Assembly: GCA_016764355.1 (NCBI GenBank)
Contig: JAESSA010000009.1
Span: forward strand, 1,524 to 65,523
From: Sneathiella sp.
GTDB taxonomy: Bacteria; Pseudomonadota; Alphaproteobacteria; Sneathiellales; Sneathiellaceae
DNA length: 64,000 nucleotides
Reading direction: 5' to 3'
The notes under the pieces: generated by a model
Seen by the model: the letters and a program-made list of their open reading frames with translations, nothing else
The model's database searches: none
What the model was told of the DNA's origin: nothing
Part shown: positions 63,366 to 64,000 of the stretch, in pieces
Layout of the letters: each line of letters opens with the position of its first letter
Numbering within the stretch: position 1 is the stretch's first letter
Position numbers and translations under genes: made by a program

Positions 63366-64000
63366 TTACGCTGGCACCATGTCGAAGACGATCAGGAAAC
63401 CAGCAGTCAAAACCACCCAGATGAGTGAGAATGGTAGAAATACTTTCCAACCCAAACGCATCAACTGATCGTAGCGATATCGTGGGAGCGTTGCCCGTAC
63501 CCAGATAAAGACAAACAATAAGATCGCGATCTTGATACCAAACCAGACAACACCGGGAATCCAATTGAATGGCGCGATGTCGGCGGGTGGCAACCAGCCA
63601 CCAAGGAACAGAACAACACAAATTGCGCTCATCAAGATCATGTTCGCGTATTCTCCAAGGAAGAACAGCGCGAATGCCATAGATGAATATTCAGTCTGAT
63701 ACCCTGCAACCAATTCGGCTTCCGCTTCTGGCAGATCGAATGGATGGCGGTTTGTCTCGGCAAGGATGGAGATAAAGAAGATAATGAACATTGGGAAAAG
63801 CGGTATGAAATACCAGCTGAACATCCCGTATTCACCATCTTGGGATTTAACCACATCAGTCAAATTCAGTGAACCAACACACAGAAGAACGGTGATGATC
63901 ACAAATCCGATAGAAACTTCGTAAGACACCATCTGCGCGGCGGAGCGTAATGCGCCCAAGAAAGGGTAGCGAGAGTTAGAAGCCCAACCCGCGATAACGA
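63366..64000 (-). CDS. nuoH: NADH-quinone oxidoreductase subunit H (5' end outside the window)
   Basis: [37 protein letters not shown] and PRYRYDQLM motifs. Confidence 0.97.
   Translation of the reverse strand, partial: VIAGWASNSRYPFLGALRSAAQMVSYEVSIGFVIITVLLCVGSLNLTDVVKSQDGEYGMFSWYFIPLFPMFIIFFISILAETNRHPFDLPEAEAELVAGYQTEYSSMAFALFFLGEYANMILMSAICVVLFLGGWLPPADIAPFNWIPGVVWFGIKIAILLFVFIWVRATLPRYRYDQLMRLGWKVFLPFSLIWVVLTAGFLIVFDMVPA

Overview
A 64 kb chromosomal window from an alphaproteobacterium. Gene order and the GTTC-N7-GTTC LexA boxes support that assignment. A marine Sneathiella/Rhodospirillales-like organism is my impression only. Most of the window is conserved housekeeping backbone: pyrG'-secG-tpiA, ppiD-trpE, trpGDC-moaC-moeA-lexA, comEC, gltX-gltA, rpsB-tsf-pyrH-frr-uppS-cdsA-dxr-rseP-bamA-skp-lpxD-fabZ-lpxA-lpxI-lpxB, dnaE, proS-lolC/E-lolD, and nuoH'IJKLMN-birA-coaX-rnj-mce. 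Four accessory patches interrupt it: (1) a PstS-like binding protein, a PleC/DivJ-type orphan kinase and a divergent polysaccharide deacetylase between trpE and trpG; (2) an aerobic benzoyl-CoA (box) cluster with no boxA, carrying two TGCA-N6-TGCA operators, between lolD and dnaE; (3) an AT3-SGNH O-acyltransferase plus a small secreted protein; (4) a STAS-like hypothetical gene between coaX and rnj. The best new signal is an unannotated 35-aa membrane peptide gene (38821-38928, minus strand), below the ORF-track cut-off. It has a strong RBS, a sigma70-type promoter occluded by a perfect LexA box, and lies directly upstream of dnaE with a perfect DnaA box in between. It is a candidate SidA-like SOS division inhibitor. 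I found no tRNA, rRNA, CRISPR, IS or prophage features. All product calls come from motif and synteny recognition, not database searches.
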